64,000 nucleotides of DNA from Escherichia coli (GCF_044324875.1 NZ_CP172185.1); one strand, 5' to 3'; counted from the stretch's first letter, positions 11,261 through 20,915 are shown. Notes: a model not told the origin generated them from the sequence alone. A program made the numbers and translations.

Positions 11261-12538
11261 TTACTTGCTGCTAGCCATAGCAGGGGCGCTATCAGCAGTA
11301 CGAATTTTTTGGAACAGCAAAAAGGTAAAGACGATCACCATGGCAAGCGCCGCCATGCCCATCAGCCACATATTGCGGTAGGCTTCTGCAGCGGGCAGGG
11401 TGTCTTGCCAGTAGCCGATAATCGGGTAAACGAAGACATCCGGCAGGAATCCAATCACCGAACAAATACCTACCGTGGTGCCCATAATGTAAGACGGTGT
11501 TCTCGCTTCGCCAGGGCAGGCCCAGTACAGCCCGCGTGAGGCGTAACAGGTGAATCCCAGCAGTAAAATCAGGCCAATCCCCATCGCGACCGATTGCGGG
11601 TTAGAGTTCGTGACGAGCAGGGCAGTTAACGCCAGCAAGCCGAGTACGGAAAGGATTTGGATCACGCGGGTAGGGGATTTCACTTTGCTGTAGGTGGTGA
11701 TAATGCCACCAAGTGGGCCGCACAGTGCGCGGAAGATTTTGTTGATCACAATCCCCATGTAGCTCGCCGCCACCAGCGACATGCCGTACATTTCGGTCAG
11801 ATAGTTGGTGGAGTAACTCAGAATGGCGTAGATGGTGAAGACACCAAAAATCACCATGCTGCAATACCAGGTGGTGCTGATGCGCAAAACAGCCAGGATG
11901 TCGCTAAGCTGGAATGACTGTTTTTCTTCGTTATTGGTATTGCACAGGTTGTTGTTATCGCTAACAAAAAACCAACACAAAATGCCCAGCAGAATGTAAA
12001 CCACACTATAGATAATAATGACCGTTTTCAGGCTGGCGCTGTCATCCGGTGCAAAGCGAGAAAAGACCCACATGGTAAACACCGCCAGCGACATTACACC
12101 GACGCCGCGCAGCCCTTCCATCCAGCCCATAATTTTCCCTTGCTCGCTATGATCGCCCAGCAACGAGGCGGCTTTAATCGACACCGACCACAGCATTAAA
12201 ATAGTGGTTATCGCAAAGGCGACCTGAATACAGAGCATTACCCACAGCGGTGGATATGTTGCCATTAACAGACCCAGTAATCCGGTAATGATCATCGCGG
12301 AAGTAATCATTTTGCGGTGTGAAAATTTATCGGCAATAACGCCGCTGGGGGCATAAAGAATAATAGCCGCAATACCAAAGGTACTCATTATTAAACCTAT
12401 CTCGGTATTGCTGAATCCCATAAATTTCGCCATGGGAATTTGATAAATATAACGTAAATAAGCCAGGTCGAAACTAACGCCGCCGCTAAAACTAATTATC
12501 GCGAGGGTTATCCAACGGCGATATGAGTTGTGTTGCAT
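11261..12538 (-). CDS. yqcE: MFS transporter
   Basis: 425 aa, about 12 predicted TM helices. Confidence 0.85.
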   Translation of the reverse strand: MQHNSYRRWITLAIISFSGGVSFDLAYLRYIYQIPMAKFMGFSNTEIGLIMSTFGIAAIILYAPSGVIADKFSHRKMITSAMIITGLLGLLMATYPPLWVMLCIQVAFAITTILMLWSVSIKAASLLGDHSEQGKIMGWMEGLRGVGVMSLAVFTMWVFSRFAPDDSASLKTVIIIYSVVYILLGILCWFFVSDNNNLCNTNNEEKQSFQLSDILAVLRISTTWYCSMVIFGVFTIYAILSYSTNYLTEMYGMSLVAASYMGIVINKIFRALCGPLGGIITTYSKVKSPTRVIQILSVLGLLALTALLVTNSNPQSVAMGIGLILLLGFTCYASRGLYWACPGEARTPSYIMGTTVGICSVIGFLPDVFVYPIIGYWQDTLPAAEAYRNMWLMGMAALAMVIVFTFLLFQKIRTADSAPAMASSK

Positions 12539-12562
12539 ATCGTATTCCCATTTGTAATAGAC

Positions 12563-12610
12563 AAAAAAAAGAGAAAAGTAAGCCGCCCTTTCAGGTGGAT
12601 TACTTTTCTC
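12563..12610 (-). terminator. Leader hairpin + T8 on minus strand immediately upstream of yqcE start (candidate attenuator)
   Basis: Perfect 11-bp inverted repeat GAGAAAAGTAA / TTACTTTTCTC (12571..12581 and 12600..12610) with A8 at 12563..12570 on + strand, i.e. U8 after the hairpin in the minus-strand transcript; about 22 nt before the yqcE ATG. Confidence 0.55.
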
Positions 12611-12716
12611 AGGTCTCTAGTAATTGCAATAAGAAATAACATGGAAAGCAGTGGTGTTGTGTGAGAGTAATCACGCTTCTGCTTTTTAAAATTATTTGAC
12701 AATTCGAATATCACAC

Positions 12717-12732
12717 TGTGATTACGATCACA
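12717..12732. promoter_or_regulatory. Candidate CRP binding site, TGTGA-N6-TCACA perfect half-sites
   Basis: TGTGATTACGATCACA read directly in the divergent yqcE / ygcW intergenic region. Confidence 0.55.
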
Positions 12733-12788
12733 TTAGCGATTATGCCCTTATGATAAAAATTATCTCCAGTTACCAGAGATAATGAGAA

Positions 12789-12832
12789 AGGTAACTTCCC
12801 TCTCGCGGGGGAAGTTACCTTTCTTTTTTTTT
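12789..12832 (+). terminator. Leader hairpin + T-run on plus strand 25 nt upstream of ygcW start (candidate attenuator)
   Basis: Perfect 12-bp inverted repeat AGGTAACTTCCC / GGGAAGTTACCT with 8-nt loop, followed by TTCTTTTTTTTT. Confidence 0.6.
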
Positions 12833-12856
12833 GCCTTACGGAAATTGGAGCTAACT

Positions 12857-13642
12857 ATGTCAATCGAATCTCTCAATGCGTTCTCAATGGATTTTTTCTC
12901 CCTGAAAGGCAAAACCGCAATTGTTACCGGCGGGAATAGCGGTTTAGGCCAGGCATTTGCCATGGCGCTGGCCAAAGCAGGCGCAAATATCTTTATTCCA
13001 AGCTTCGTTAAAGATAACGGCGAAACAAAGGAAATGATTGAAAAACAGGGTGTTGAGGTGGACTTCATGCAGGTGGATATCACCGCAGAAGGCGCGCCGC
13101 AGAAGATAATCGCCGCCTGTTGCGAACGTTTCGGTACCGTCGATATTCTGATTAACAATGCCGGTATTTGTAAGCTGAATAAGGTGCTGGACTTCGGTCG
13201 TGCCGACTGGGACCCGATGATTGATGTGAACCTGACCGCCGCATTCGAGTTAAGCTATGAAGCTGCAAAAATTATGATCCCGCAGAAAAGCGGTAAAATC
13301 ATTAATATCTGTTCATTATTCTCTTACTTAGGTGGACAATGGTCACCTGCATATTCTGCCACTAAACATGCTCTTGCCGGATTCACCAAAGCTTATTGTG
13401 ATGAACTAGGTCAATATAATATTCAGGTAAATGGTATTGCCCCTGGCTATTATGCAACAGATATTACGCTGGCGACACGCAGTAATCCAGAAACTAATCA
13501 GCGCGTTCTTGATCATATTCCGGCAAACCGTTGGGGCGATACTCAGGATTTAATGGGCGCAGCCGTATTCCTCGCAAGTCCGGCTTCAAATTATGTTAAC
13601 GGGCATTTATTAGTGGTCGATGGCGGTTATTTAGTGCGCTAA
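12857..13642 (+). CDS. ygcW: Short-chain dehydrogenase/reductase
   Basis: ORF 12782..13642; start set at internal ATG 12857 preceded by GGAG; Rossmann TGGNSGLG, catalytic YSATK. Confidence 0.9.
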   Translation: MSIESLNAFSMDFFSLKGKTAIVTGGNSGLGQAFAMALAKAGANIFIPSFVKDNGETKEMIEKQGVEVDFMQVDITAEGAPQKIIAACCERFGTVDILINNAGICKLNKVLDFGRADWDPMIDVNLTAAFELSYEAAKIMIPQKSGKIINICSLFSYLGGQWSPAYSATKHALAGFTKAYCDELGQYNIQVNGIAPGYYATDITLATRSNPETNQRVLDHIPANRWGDTQDLMGAAVFLASPASNYVNGHLLVVDGGYLVR

Positions 13643-13711
13643 TCCATAACGGTGGTTTCTGTTTTCTCTTATTAATGATTATTCCATTTTTATTATCAGG
13701 AAGGAATTACT

Positions 13712-15166
13712 ATGTCTTTATCTCGCGCAGCGATTGTCGACCAGCTAAAGAAAATTGTTGGTGCAGATCGCGTAATTACCGATGAAACAGTATTAAAGAA
13801 GAACAGTATTGACCGTTTTCGCAAATTTCCGGATATTCATGGCATTTATACTTTGCCGATTCCGGCAGCGGTCGTAAAACTCGGTTCCACAGAACAAGTA
13901 TCCCGTGTGCTGAATTTTATGAATGCGCACAAAATTAACGGTGTGCCGCGTACCGGTGCTTCCGCTACCGAAGGTGGGCTGGAAACCGTTGTGGAAAACT
14001 CGGTGGTGCTCGACGGCTCTGCCATGAATCAAATCATTAATATTGATATTGAGAATATGCAGGCCACGGCGCAATGCGGAGTTCCGCTGGAAGTGCTGGA
14101 AAACGCGTTGCGTGAAAAAGGTTACACCACGGGGCATTCTCCGCAGTCAAAGCCGCTGGCGCAGATGGGCGGCCTGGTAGCAACCCGCAGTATCGGGCAG
14201 TTCTCCACACTCTACGGCGCAATCGAAGATATGGTCGTTGGTCTGGAAGCAGTATTGGCTGATGGCACCGTAACACGCATTAAAAACGTACCACGCCGCG
14301 CGGCAGGCCCGGACATTCGTCACATCATCATCGGCAACGAAGGTGCATTGTGCTATATCACTGAAGTAACAGTGAAAATCTTTAAGTTCACCCCGGAAAA
14401 CAACCTCTTCTACGGCTATATCCTGGAAGACATGAAAACCGGCTTCAACATCCTACGTGAAATCATGGTGGAAGGGTATCGTCCGTCGATCGCTCGTTTG
14501 TATGACGCTGAAGATGGCACCCAACACTTCACCCATTTTGCCGACGGAAAATGCGTGCTGATCTTTATGGCTGAAGGTAACCCTCGCATTGCGAAGGCGA
14601 CGGGCGAAGGGATTGCTGAAATCGTGGCACGTTACCCGCAATGCCAGCGAGTGGACAGCAAGCTGATCGAAACCTGGTTTAACAACCTGAACTGGGGACC
14701 GGATAAAGTAGCTGCCGAACGTGTGCAGATCCTCAAAACCGGCAACATGGGCTTTACCACCGAAGTGTCCGGCTGCTGGAGCTGCATTCACGAAATCTAC
14801 GAAAGCGTTATTAACCGTATTCGTACCGAGTTCCCGCACGCCGACGACATCACCATGCTGGGCGGTCACTCCTCTCATAGCTATCAGAACGGCACCAACA
14901 TGTACTTCGTCTACGACTACAACGTCGTTGACTGTAAGCCGGAAGAGGAAATCGACAAGTACCACAATCCGCTCAACAAAATCATCTGCGAAGAAACCAT
15001 TCGCCTCGGTGGTTCGATGGTGCACCACCACGGTATCGGTAAACATCGCGTTCACTGGAGCAAACTGGAACACGGCAGCGCGTGGGCGTTGCTGGAAGGG
15101 CTGAAAAAGCAGTTCGATCCTAACGGCATTATGAATACGGGTACTATCTATCCGATTGAAAAATAA
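13712..15166 (+). CDS. ygcU: FAD-linked oxidase (GlcD / alkyl-DHAP synthase-like)
   Basis: 484 aa; FAD-binding PCMH-type N-terminal domain. Confidence 0.88.
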   Translation: MSLSRAAIVDQLKKIVGADRVITDETVLKKNSIDRFRKFPDIHGIYTLPIPAAVVKLGSTEQVSRVLNFMNAHKINGVPRTGASATEGGLETVVENSVVLDGSAMNQIINIDIENMQATAQCGVPLEVLENALREKGYTTGHSPQSKPLAQMGGLVATRSIGQFSTLYGAIEDMVVGLEAVLADGTVTRIKNVPRRAAGPDIRHIIIGNEGALCYITEVTVKIFKFTPENNLFYGYILEDMKTGFNILREIMVEGYRPSIARLYDAEDGTQHFTHFADGKCVLIFMAEGNPRIAKATGEGIAEIVARYPQCQRVDSKLIETWFNNLNWGPDKVAAERVQILKTGNMGFTTEVSGCWSCIHEIYESVINRIRTEFPHADDITMLGGHSSHSYQNGTNMYFVYDYNVVDCKPEEEIDKYHNPLNKIICEETIRLGGSMVHHHGIGKHRVHWSKLEHGSAWALLEGLKKQFDPNGIMNTGTIYPIEK

Positions 15167-15207
15167 TGTGTCAGGCAGCGTTCCGCGATGACGGAGCGTT
15201 GCCTTTT

Positions 15208-15237
15208 CGGCTTCTCAGGCGAGAAGCCGTTCTTATT
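15208..15237 (+). terminator. GC-rich hairpin (CGGCTTCTC-AGGC-GAGAAGCCG) followed by TTCTTATT between ygcU and ygcS; weak terminator or attenuator
   Basis: 9-bp perfect stem read directly; U-tract interrupted. Confidence 0.35.
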
Positions 15238-15259
15238 ACCGGACAATGAAGGGGTAAAG

Positions 15260-16597
15260 ATGAACACTTCACCGGTGCGAATGGATGATTTACCGCTTAA
15301 CCGTTTTCACTGTCGAATTGCTGCGCTCACTTTCGGCGCACACCTGACCGACGGTTATGTTCTAGGCGTCATTGGTTACGCCATTATTCAGCTTACGCCC
15401 GCCATGCAACTGACGCCGTTTATGGCGGGTATGATCGGCGGCTCGGCGCTCCTTGGTTTGTTTCTTGGCAGCCTGGTTCTTGGGTGGATCTCCGACCATA
15501 TTGGTCGGCAAAAAATCTTCACCTTCAGCTTTTTGCTGATTACGCTCGCTTCGTTCTTGCAATTTTTTGCCACCACGCCAGAGCATCTTATTGGATTGCG
15601 CATTTTGATCGGCATTGGTCTGGGAGGCGATTACTCAGTCGGTCACACCTTGCTGGCTGAATTTTCCCCGCGCCGCCATCGCGGTATTTTGCTGGGCGCA
15701 TTCAGTGTGGTGTGGACCGTAGGCTATGTGCTGGCAAGTATTGCCGGACATCACTTTATTACCGAAAGCCCGGAGGCCTGGCGCTGGCTGCTGGCATCAG
15801 CGGCGTTACCAGCCTTGCTGATTACGCTGCTACGTTGGGGCACGCCGGAATCGCCACGCTGGCTACTGCGCCAGGGGCGTTTTGCTGAAGCTCACGCTAT
15901 CGTGCATCGCTACTTTGGTCCCCATGTTTTACTGGGCGATGAAGTGGCAACGGCGACCCATAAACACATCAAAACATTGTTCTCTTCGCGCTACTGGCGG
16001 CGCACAGCGTTTAACAGCGTCTTCTTTGTCTGCCTCGTAATCCCATGGTTTGTGATTTATACCTGGCTGCCAACTATCGCCCAAACTATTGGTCTGGAAG
16101 ATGCGCTGACAGCCAGCCTGATGCTTAATGCGTTGTTAATTGTGGGCGCGCTGCTGGGATTAGTTCTGACGCACCTGCTGGCACATCGCAAATTTTTGCT
16201 GGGAAGTTTTTTGCTGCTGGCGGCAACGCTGGTCGTGATGGCCTGTTTGCCTTCCGGCAGTTCATTAACGCTGCTGCTTTTTGTTCTCTTCAGCACCACC
16301 ATTTCGGCAGTCAGTAATCTGGTGGGCATTTTGCCTGCGGAAAGTTTTCCTACTGACATTCGCTCGCTGGGCGTCGGTTTTGCCACCGCCATGAGTCGGT
16401 TGGGCGCGGCAGTAAGTACGGGCCTGCTGCCGTGGGTGCTGGCGCAGTGGGGAATGCAAGTCACCTTATTGCTCCTGGCGGCAGTGTTGTTGGTTGGTTT
16501 TGTCGTGACCTGGCTATGGGCACCAGAAACCAAAGCACTCCCGCTGGTGGCGGCGGGAAATGTAGGAGGTGCGAATGAACATTCTGTTAGCGTTTAA
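15260..16597 (+). CDS. ygcS: MFS transporter
   Basis: ORF 15188..16597; start moved to ATG 15260 (MNTSPVRMDD) with GGGG SD-like upstream. Confidence 0.85.
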   Translation: MNTSPVRMDDLPLNRFHCRIAALTFGAHLTDGYVLGVIGYAIIQLTPAMQLTPFMAGMIGGSALLGLFLGSLVLGWISDHIGRQKIFTFSFLLITLASFLQFFATTPEHLIGLRILIGIGLGGDYSVGHTLLAEFSPRRHRGILLGAFSVVWTVGYVLASIAGHHFITESPEAWRWLLASAALPALLITLLRWGTPESPRWLLRQGRFAEAHAIVHRYFGPHVLLGDEVATATHKHIKTLFSSRYWRRTAFNSVFFVCLVIPWFVIYTWLPTIAQTIGLEDALTASLMLNALLIVGALLGLVLTHLLAHRKFLLGSFLLLAATLVVMACLPSGSSLTLLLFVLFSTTISAVSNLVGILPAESFPTDIRSLGVGFATAMSRLGAAVSTGLLPWVLAQWGMQVTLLLLAAVLLVGFVVTWLWAPETKALPLVAAGNVGGANEHSVSV

Positions 16598-17354
16598 AGC
16601 CGAACCGGATGTCGGAATGCTGGCGGAAAAAGAGTGGCAGGCGGCGGCTCAGGGTAATAGCGGACCGGATGTTTCGCTTCTGCGAAGTTTACTCGGTGCT
16701 GATGAACAGGCTGCCGCCGCGCTGCTGTTGGCGCAGAGAAAAAACGGTACGTCGATGTCTTTAACCGCGTTGAGCATGGGGGATGAACGGGCGTTGCACT
16801 GGCTGCGCTATCTCATGGCTCTTGGGTTTGAGGAAGCTGTATTGCTGGAGACGGTGGCAGATCTGCGCTTTGCGCCGGAATTTGTCGCTCGCCATATTGC
16901 CGAATGGCAGCGTCAGAATCCGCTGGATCTGATAATTACCGGCTGCCAAAGCAGCGAAGGGCAGAATGGGCAAACGCCATTTTTGCTGGCGGAAATGCTG
17001 GGCTGGCCCTGCTTCACCCAGGTGGAGCGTTTTACTCTCGACGCGCCGTTTATCACCCTTGAACAGCGTACTGAAAACGGGCTGCGCTGTTGCCGGGTTC
17101 GCTTGCCTGCGGTGATTGCCGTGCGTCAGTGCGGTGAAGTGGCCTTGCCAGTACCGGGAATGCGTCAGCGAATGGCGGCGGGGAAAGCAGCAATTATCCG
17201 TAAAACTGTTGCTGCCGAATTGCCAGCGATGCTGTGTCTGCAACTGGCAAGAGCAGAGCAACAACGCGGAGCGACGCTGATTGATGGGCAAACGGTAGCA
17301 GAAAAAGCGCAAAAGCTATGGCAGGACTATTTACGCCAAAGGATGCAGCCATGA
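16575..17354 (+). CDS. ygcR: Electron transfer flavoprotein beta-subunit-like protein
   Basis: ORF 16569..17354; EtfB/FixA-like; stop overlaps ygcQ start (ATGA). Confidence 0.82.
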   Translation: MNILLAFKAEPDVGMLAEKEWQAAAQGNSGPDVSLLRSLLGADEQAAAALLLAQRKNGTSMSLTALSMGDERALHWLRYLMALGFEEAVLLETVADLRFAPEFVARHIAEWQRQNPLDLIITGCQSSEGQNGQTPFLLAEMLGWPCFTQVERFTLDAPFITLEQRTENGLRCCRVRLPAVIAVRQCGEVALPVPGMRQRMAAGKAAIIRKTVAAELPAMLCLQLARAEQQRGATLIDGQTVAEKAQKLWQDYLRQRMQP

Positions 17355-18211
17355 ATATCGCAATTGTGACAATAAATCAGGAGAATGCCGCAATAGCGAG
17401 CTGGCAGGCGGCGCAGGATTTCAGCGGTTGTACCCTGGCGCACTGGAAGATTGAACCTCAGCCCGCTGTGGCGGAACAGGTGCTGGATGCGCTGGTGGAA
17501 CAGTGGCAGCGAACGCCTGCGGACGTTGTTCTCTTTCCGCCGGGAACGTTTGGCGATGAACTGTCGACCCGGCTGGCCTGGCGTTTACATGGTGCAAGCA
17601 TCTGCCAGGTGACTTCGTTAGATATTCCAACCGTAAGCGTGCGCAAATCCCACTGGGGAAATGCGCTAACGGCGACGCTGCAAACAGAAAAACGCCCGCT
17701 ATGCCTTTCCCTGGCGCGTCAGGCGGGAGCAGCGAAAAACGCCACGTTGCCCTCTGGTATGCAGCAACTGAACATTGTCCCAGGTGCGCTTCCCGACTGG
17801 CTGGTTAGCATAGAGAATCTGAAAAATGTTAGCCGCGACCCATTAGCTGAAGCCAGACGGGTGCTGGTGGTGGGGCAGGGCGGAGAGGCAGATAACCAGG
17901 AAATCGCTATGCTGGCAGAAAAGCTGGGAGCCGAAGTGGGCTACAGTCGGGCACGAGTGATGAACGGTGGCGTTGATGCCGAAAAAGTGATTGGTATTTC
18001 TGGACATCTGCTGGCACCTGAGGTGTGTATTGTTGTTGGCGCTTCCGGCGCAGCAGCGTTAATGGCGGGCGTACGCAATAGCAAGTTTGTGGTGGCGATT
18101 AATCATGACGCCAGCGCGGCGGTATTTTCACAGGCAGATGTTGGCGTGGTTGATGACTGGAAAGCGGTGCTGGAGGCTCTGGTGACAAACATTCACGCAG
18201 ATTGCCAATAA
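17351..18211 (+). CDS. ygcQ: Electron transfer flavoprotein alpha-subunit-like protein
   Basis: ORF 17318..18211; start set at ATG 17351 overlapping ygcR stop; EtfA/FixB-like C-terminal FAD domain. Confidence 0.82.
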   Translation: MNIAIVTINQENAAIASWQAAQDFSGCTLAHWKIEPQPAVAEQVLDALVEQWQRTPADVVLFPPGTFGDELSTRLAWRLHGASICQVTSLDIPTVSVRKSHWGNALTATLQTEKRPLCLSLARQAGAAKNATLPSGMQQLNIVPGALPDWLVSIENLKNVSRDPLAEARRVLVVGQGGEADNQEIAMLAEKLGAEVGYSRARVMNGGVDAEKVIGISGHLLAPEVCIVVGASGAAALMAGVRNSKFVVAINHDASAAVFSQADVGVVDDWKAVLEALVTNIHADCQ

Positions 18212-18217
18212 CGTGCT

Positions 18218-18322
18218 GCCGGATGATCCTGCCTACGGTTCTGGGCTGGGGACTTGTAAGCCTGATAAGACGCGTCAAGCGTCGTATCAGGCGCTGAATG
18301 TCGGATGTGGCGTGCAGCCTAC
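18218..18322. repeat. REP/BIME-type extragenic palindromic repeat cluster
   Basis: GCCTGATAAGACGCGTCAAGCGTCGTATCAGGC palindrome plus flanking GCCGGATG.. and ..GCAGCCTAC units between convergent ygcQ and ygcP. Confidence 0.6.
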
Positions 18323-18357
18323 AAATCACACAAATTCAACTCGTTACGAGTATCCCG

Positions 18358-18933
18358 TCAAAGCAATTTTTTCGCTAACGTCCAGACCCCGGTATTCGTG
18401 GTGGAAAGCGCCACAACACCCGCGTTAATCGCATTACGCGCATCTTCTTCATCGCACACCAGCCCGCCGGCAATCAGCGGTTGGCGGATTTTCTCCGTCA
18501 CCCAGCCTAGCACTTTAGGCATACAGCCTGGCAGGATCTCAATACAATCCGGATTCGATTGCGCAACTTGCTTATCAATGTTGTGAAACGAAATCGAATC
18601 AACAATAAACAGGCGATGAATACAGAAAAAACCTTCCGCTCTTGCCGCTTTTAGCATCGATGCTTTCGTGCTGATAATGCCGTCCGCCTCGGTCACCAGT
18701 TTCAGAAACTGAATCACCACTTCTTTGTTCGATGCGCCTTCCAGCAAATCAACATGAATAAAGGCATATTTTCCGGCGTTTTTAATCTTTTTAACGATAT
18801 TACTGATGGTGCAGATATTGCCGTACAACACGGAAATAAACTGGCATTCAGAGTCGATTGCCAGTTGCAGGCTGGCATTATCTTTAACGGCAGCAATCAC
18901 CGGATTCTGGCGGAGCAGGTGTAAGAGGGGCAT
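18358..18933 (-). CDS. ygcP: GlpP-family putative RNA-binding antiterminator
   Basis: 191 aa; matches glycerol-3-phosphate-responsive antiterminator family as I recognise it. Confidence 0.8.
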   Translation of the reverse strand: MPLLHLLRQNPVIAAVKDNASLQLAIDSECQFISVLYGNICTISNIVKKIKNAGKYAFIHVDLLEGASNKEVVIQFLKLVTEADGIISTKASMLKAARAEGFFCIHRLFIVDSISFHNIDKQVAQSNPDCIEILPGCMPKVLGWVTEKIRQPLIAGGLVCDEEDARNAINAGVVALSTTNTGVWTLAKKLL

Positions 18934-18949
18934 AAATTATCCTTATTAT

Positions 18950-19210
18950 TTATCCAAAGCGGTAGGTGATGCCGAATCCGGAAGGCGGATAGTGCCACTG
19001 TTGTAGCGTTTTTTCATCGCACAGCAAACGGCAGGTGCCGCACTCCAGACAATTACGATAATCAACGTGCAAATCACCCTCCGGTGTGAGCGAAAAAAGA
19101 CCAGCCGGACAAGCGTTAATCAACTGTTGTGCCGTCTGGCGCTCAACGGAGTCTGCCGGAACAATATGTGGCGCATCAGCAGCGCGCCAGAGATTACGGG
19201 CTACAGACAT
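18950..19210 (-). CDS. ygcO: Ferredoxin-like protein (FixX-like)
   Basis: ORF 18950..19246; start set at ATG 19210 overlapping the ygcN stop; 4-Cys motif CLECGTCRLLC. Confidence 0.8.
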   Translation of the reverse strand: MSVARNLWRAADAPHIVPADSVERQTAQQLINACPAGLFSLTPEGDLHVDYRNCLECGTCRLLCDEKTLQQWHYPPSGFGITYRFG

Positions 19211-20502
19211 CGAATACTCCTGACAACATCGCCCGCCAGATGCCACAGGCCATGACGACGTAAATGACGCCAGAATAACTGGCGCAGCGGTGGAACAGGT
19301 TTATCACCCTGATCCCATAAATCACGGGAAATATCCTGCATTAACGCAGGCCACGCCCGATACCAGCCAGGGCGTTGCAAAAGCGCCGGAACATGCTGAT
19401 AACGCTGTAAAACATCCCACAGCAGGCTGCGCTCTACGTTGTGATGATAAAGCGGAAACAGATTTTGCGGCTCGCGGTGCTGGCAGGCGCTTATTAGCGT
19501 TTGTGCCGCCGCCTGCGCGCCAGTTAGCGCCATATCCATGCCGCGCACGGAAATTCCGGTATTGACGCAACTGCGCAACGCATCGCCCACCAGCAGTCAG
19601 CCGTTACCGGCGTATTGCATCGGCATACTGTGTAAGCCACCTTCTGGCACCAGATGCGCACCATACTCCAGTGATTCCGTGTTTTTGATAAGCGGGCGCA
19701 CTGCCGGATGCGTTTTAAAGCGAGCCAGCAGCTCGCTTGCCGGAACACGACTTTGCGTAAGGGAAGAGAGCGGGCAAACAATCCCTAACGAGAGCGTTTG
19801 TTGATTAGTATAAAGAAATGCGCCGCCGGGTAAGTCATCACAGATCCCGCCGCTGAACAGCAACGCTGCGCCTTCGTTATTCTCCAGATGAAAACGTTCT
19901 TCAATAGCGGATGTTTCCAGCGACAGCACTTCTTTGATCCCCAACGCCATCGCTTCGCCAGCAGGACGAGTCACTAACCCGTGACGTTCAGCCAGGACGC
20001 TGTTGGCACCTTCTGCCAGCACCACATAACGGGCGCGGAGAATATCGTCACCACAAATGACACCACACACCCTGCCGTTTTCTTCATACAGCGCATCCAC
20101 CGTCGCACCGGGGATGCATTCGACACCTTCTTTTTCGGCTTCGGCAACCAGCCACGGATCGAACCGTGCACGTAATACACTCCAGGATTCACCGCCGGGC
20201 TGTAAGCTGGAAAACGTCGTTGCGCCATCCGGCGTTAGCAGAGAAAGGCTTTCGTGAGTGATGCGTCGTTCAAGAGGCGCGGTCAGATGAAATTGCGGGA
20301 GGAGTTCCGCGAGCGCATGGGTGTATAAACGCCCGCCGGAAAGATTTTTGCTGCCGGGGATTTCAGCGCGTTCCAGTAACAGAACGGACAAACCTGCCCG
20401 CGCGCAGCGTAAAGCACAAGCGGTACCTGCTATACCCGCACCAATAATAATAATGTCGCAGTTGTCTTCCATGTCATGCCCCAGATATCCAGAACACAAC
20501 AC
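19201..20502 (-). pseudogene. ygcN: FAD-dependent oxidoreductase (FixC / ETF-QO-like) interrupted by in-frame TGA
   Basis: Two track ORFs (19597..20502 and 19201..19590) are in the same frame, separated by TGA at 19597..19599 (..MQYAGNG * LLVGDALRS..); N-terminal FAD fold IIIIGAGIAGTACAL. Confidence 0.6.
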
Positions 20503-20549
20503 CCTAACATGGCGTTACTTAAGGGAAATTGACCGCCGACACACTCTTA

Positions 20550-20915
20550 TCATTCGCCGCGATAGATACAGCCTGCAGTACAGGTTTCTTTTACCATCAC
20601 CGCACTTAACAGCGGCACAACGGGTTTAACCTGATCCCAAATCCATTTTGCTAAAACTTCGCTGGTTGGGTTTTCCAGACCTGGAATATCATTGAGATAA
20701 TGGTGATCGAGGCGCTCATAAGTTGGCTTAAACGCCGCTTTCAGTTCAGCGAAATCGATAATCCAGCCCGTATGCGGATCGACCTCCCCGGTAATTTCCA
20801 GTCGCACCATAAAGGAATGCCCGTGCAGGCGACCACATTTATGCCCTTCCGGGACGTGTGGTAAGCGGTGAGCGGCTTCGAAGGTGAAATCTTTAAATAA
20901 CGTGGTGGACATCAT
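20550..20915 (-). CDS. queD: 6-carboxy-5,6,7,8-tetrahydropterin synthase
   Basis: ORF 20550..20999; start set at [10 protein letters not shown] giving 121 aa; zinc-binding His residues present. Confidence 0.9.
   Translation of the reverse strand: MMSTTLFKDFTFEAAHRLPHVPEGHKCGRLHGHSFMVRLEITGEVDPHTGWIIDFAELKAAFKPTYERLDHHYLNDIPGLENPTSEVLAKWIWDQVKPVVPLLSAVMVKETCTAGCIYRGE

Noticed and set aside
12661-12674. GTGAGAGTAATCAC as a second operator in the yqcE/ygcW control region
   Set aside because: Only the outer 4 bp are symmetric; too weak to call without a motif model
19597-19599. TGA in ygcN as a selenocysteine codon
   Set aside because: No SECIS-like stem-loop is apparent immediately downstream and FixC-like proteins are not known selenoproteins; nonsense mutation or sequencing error is more likely
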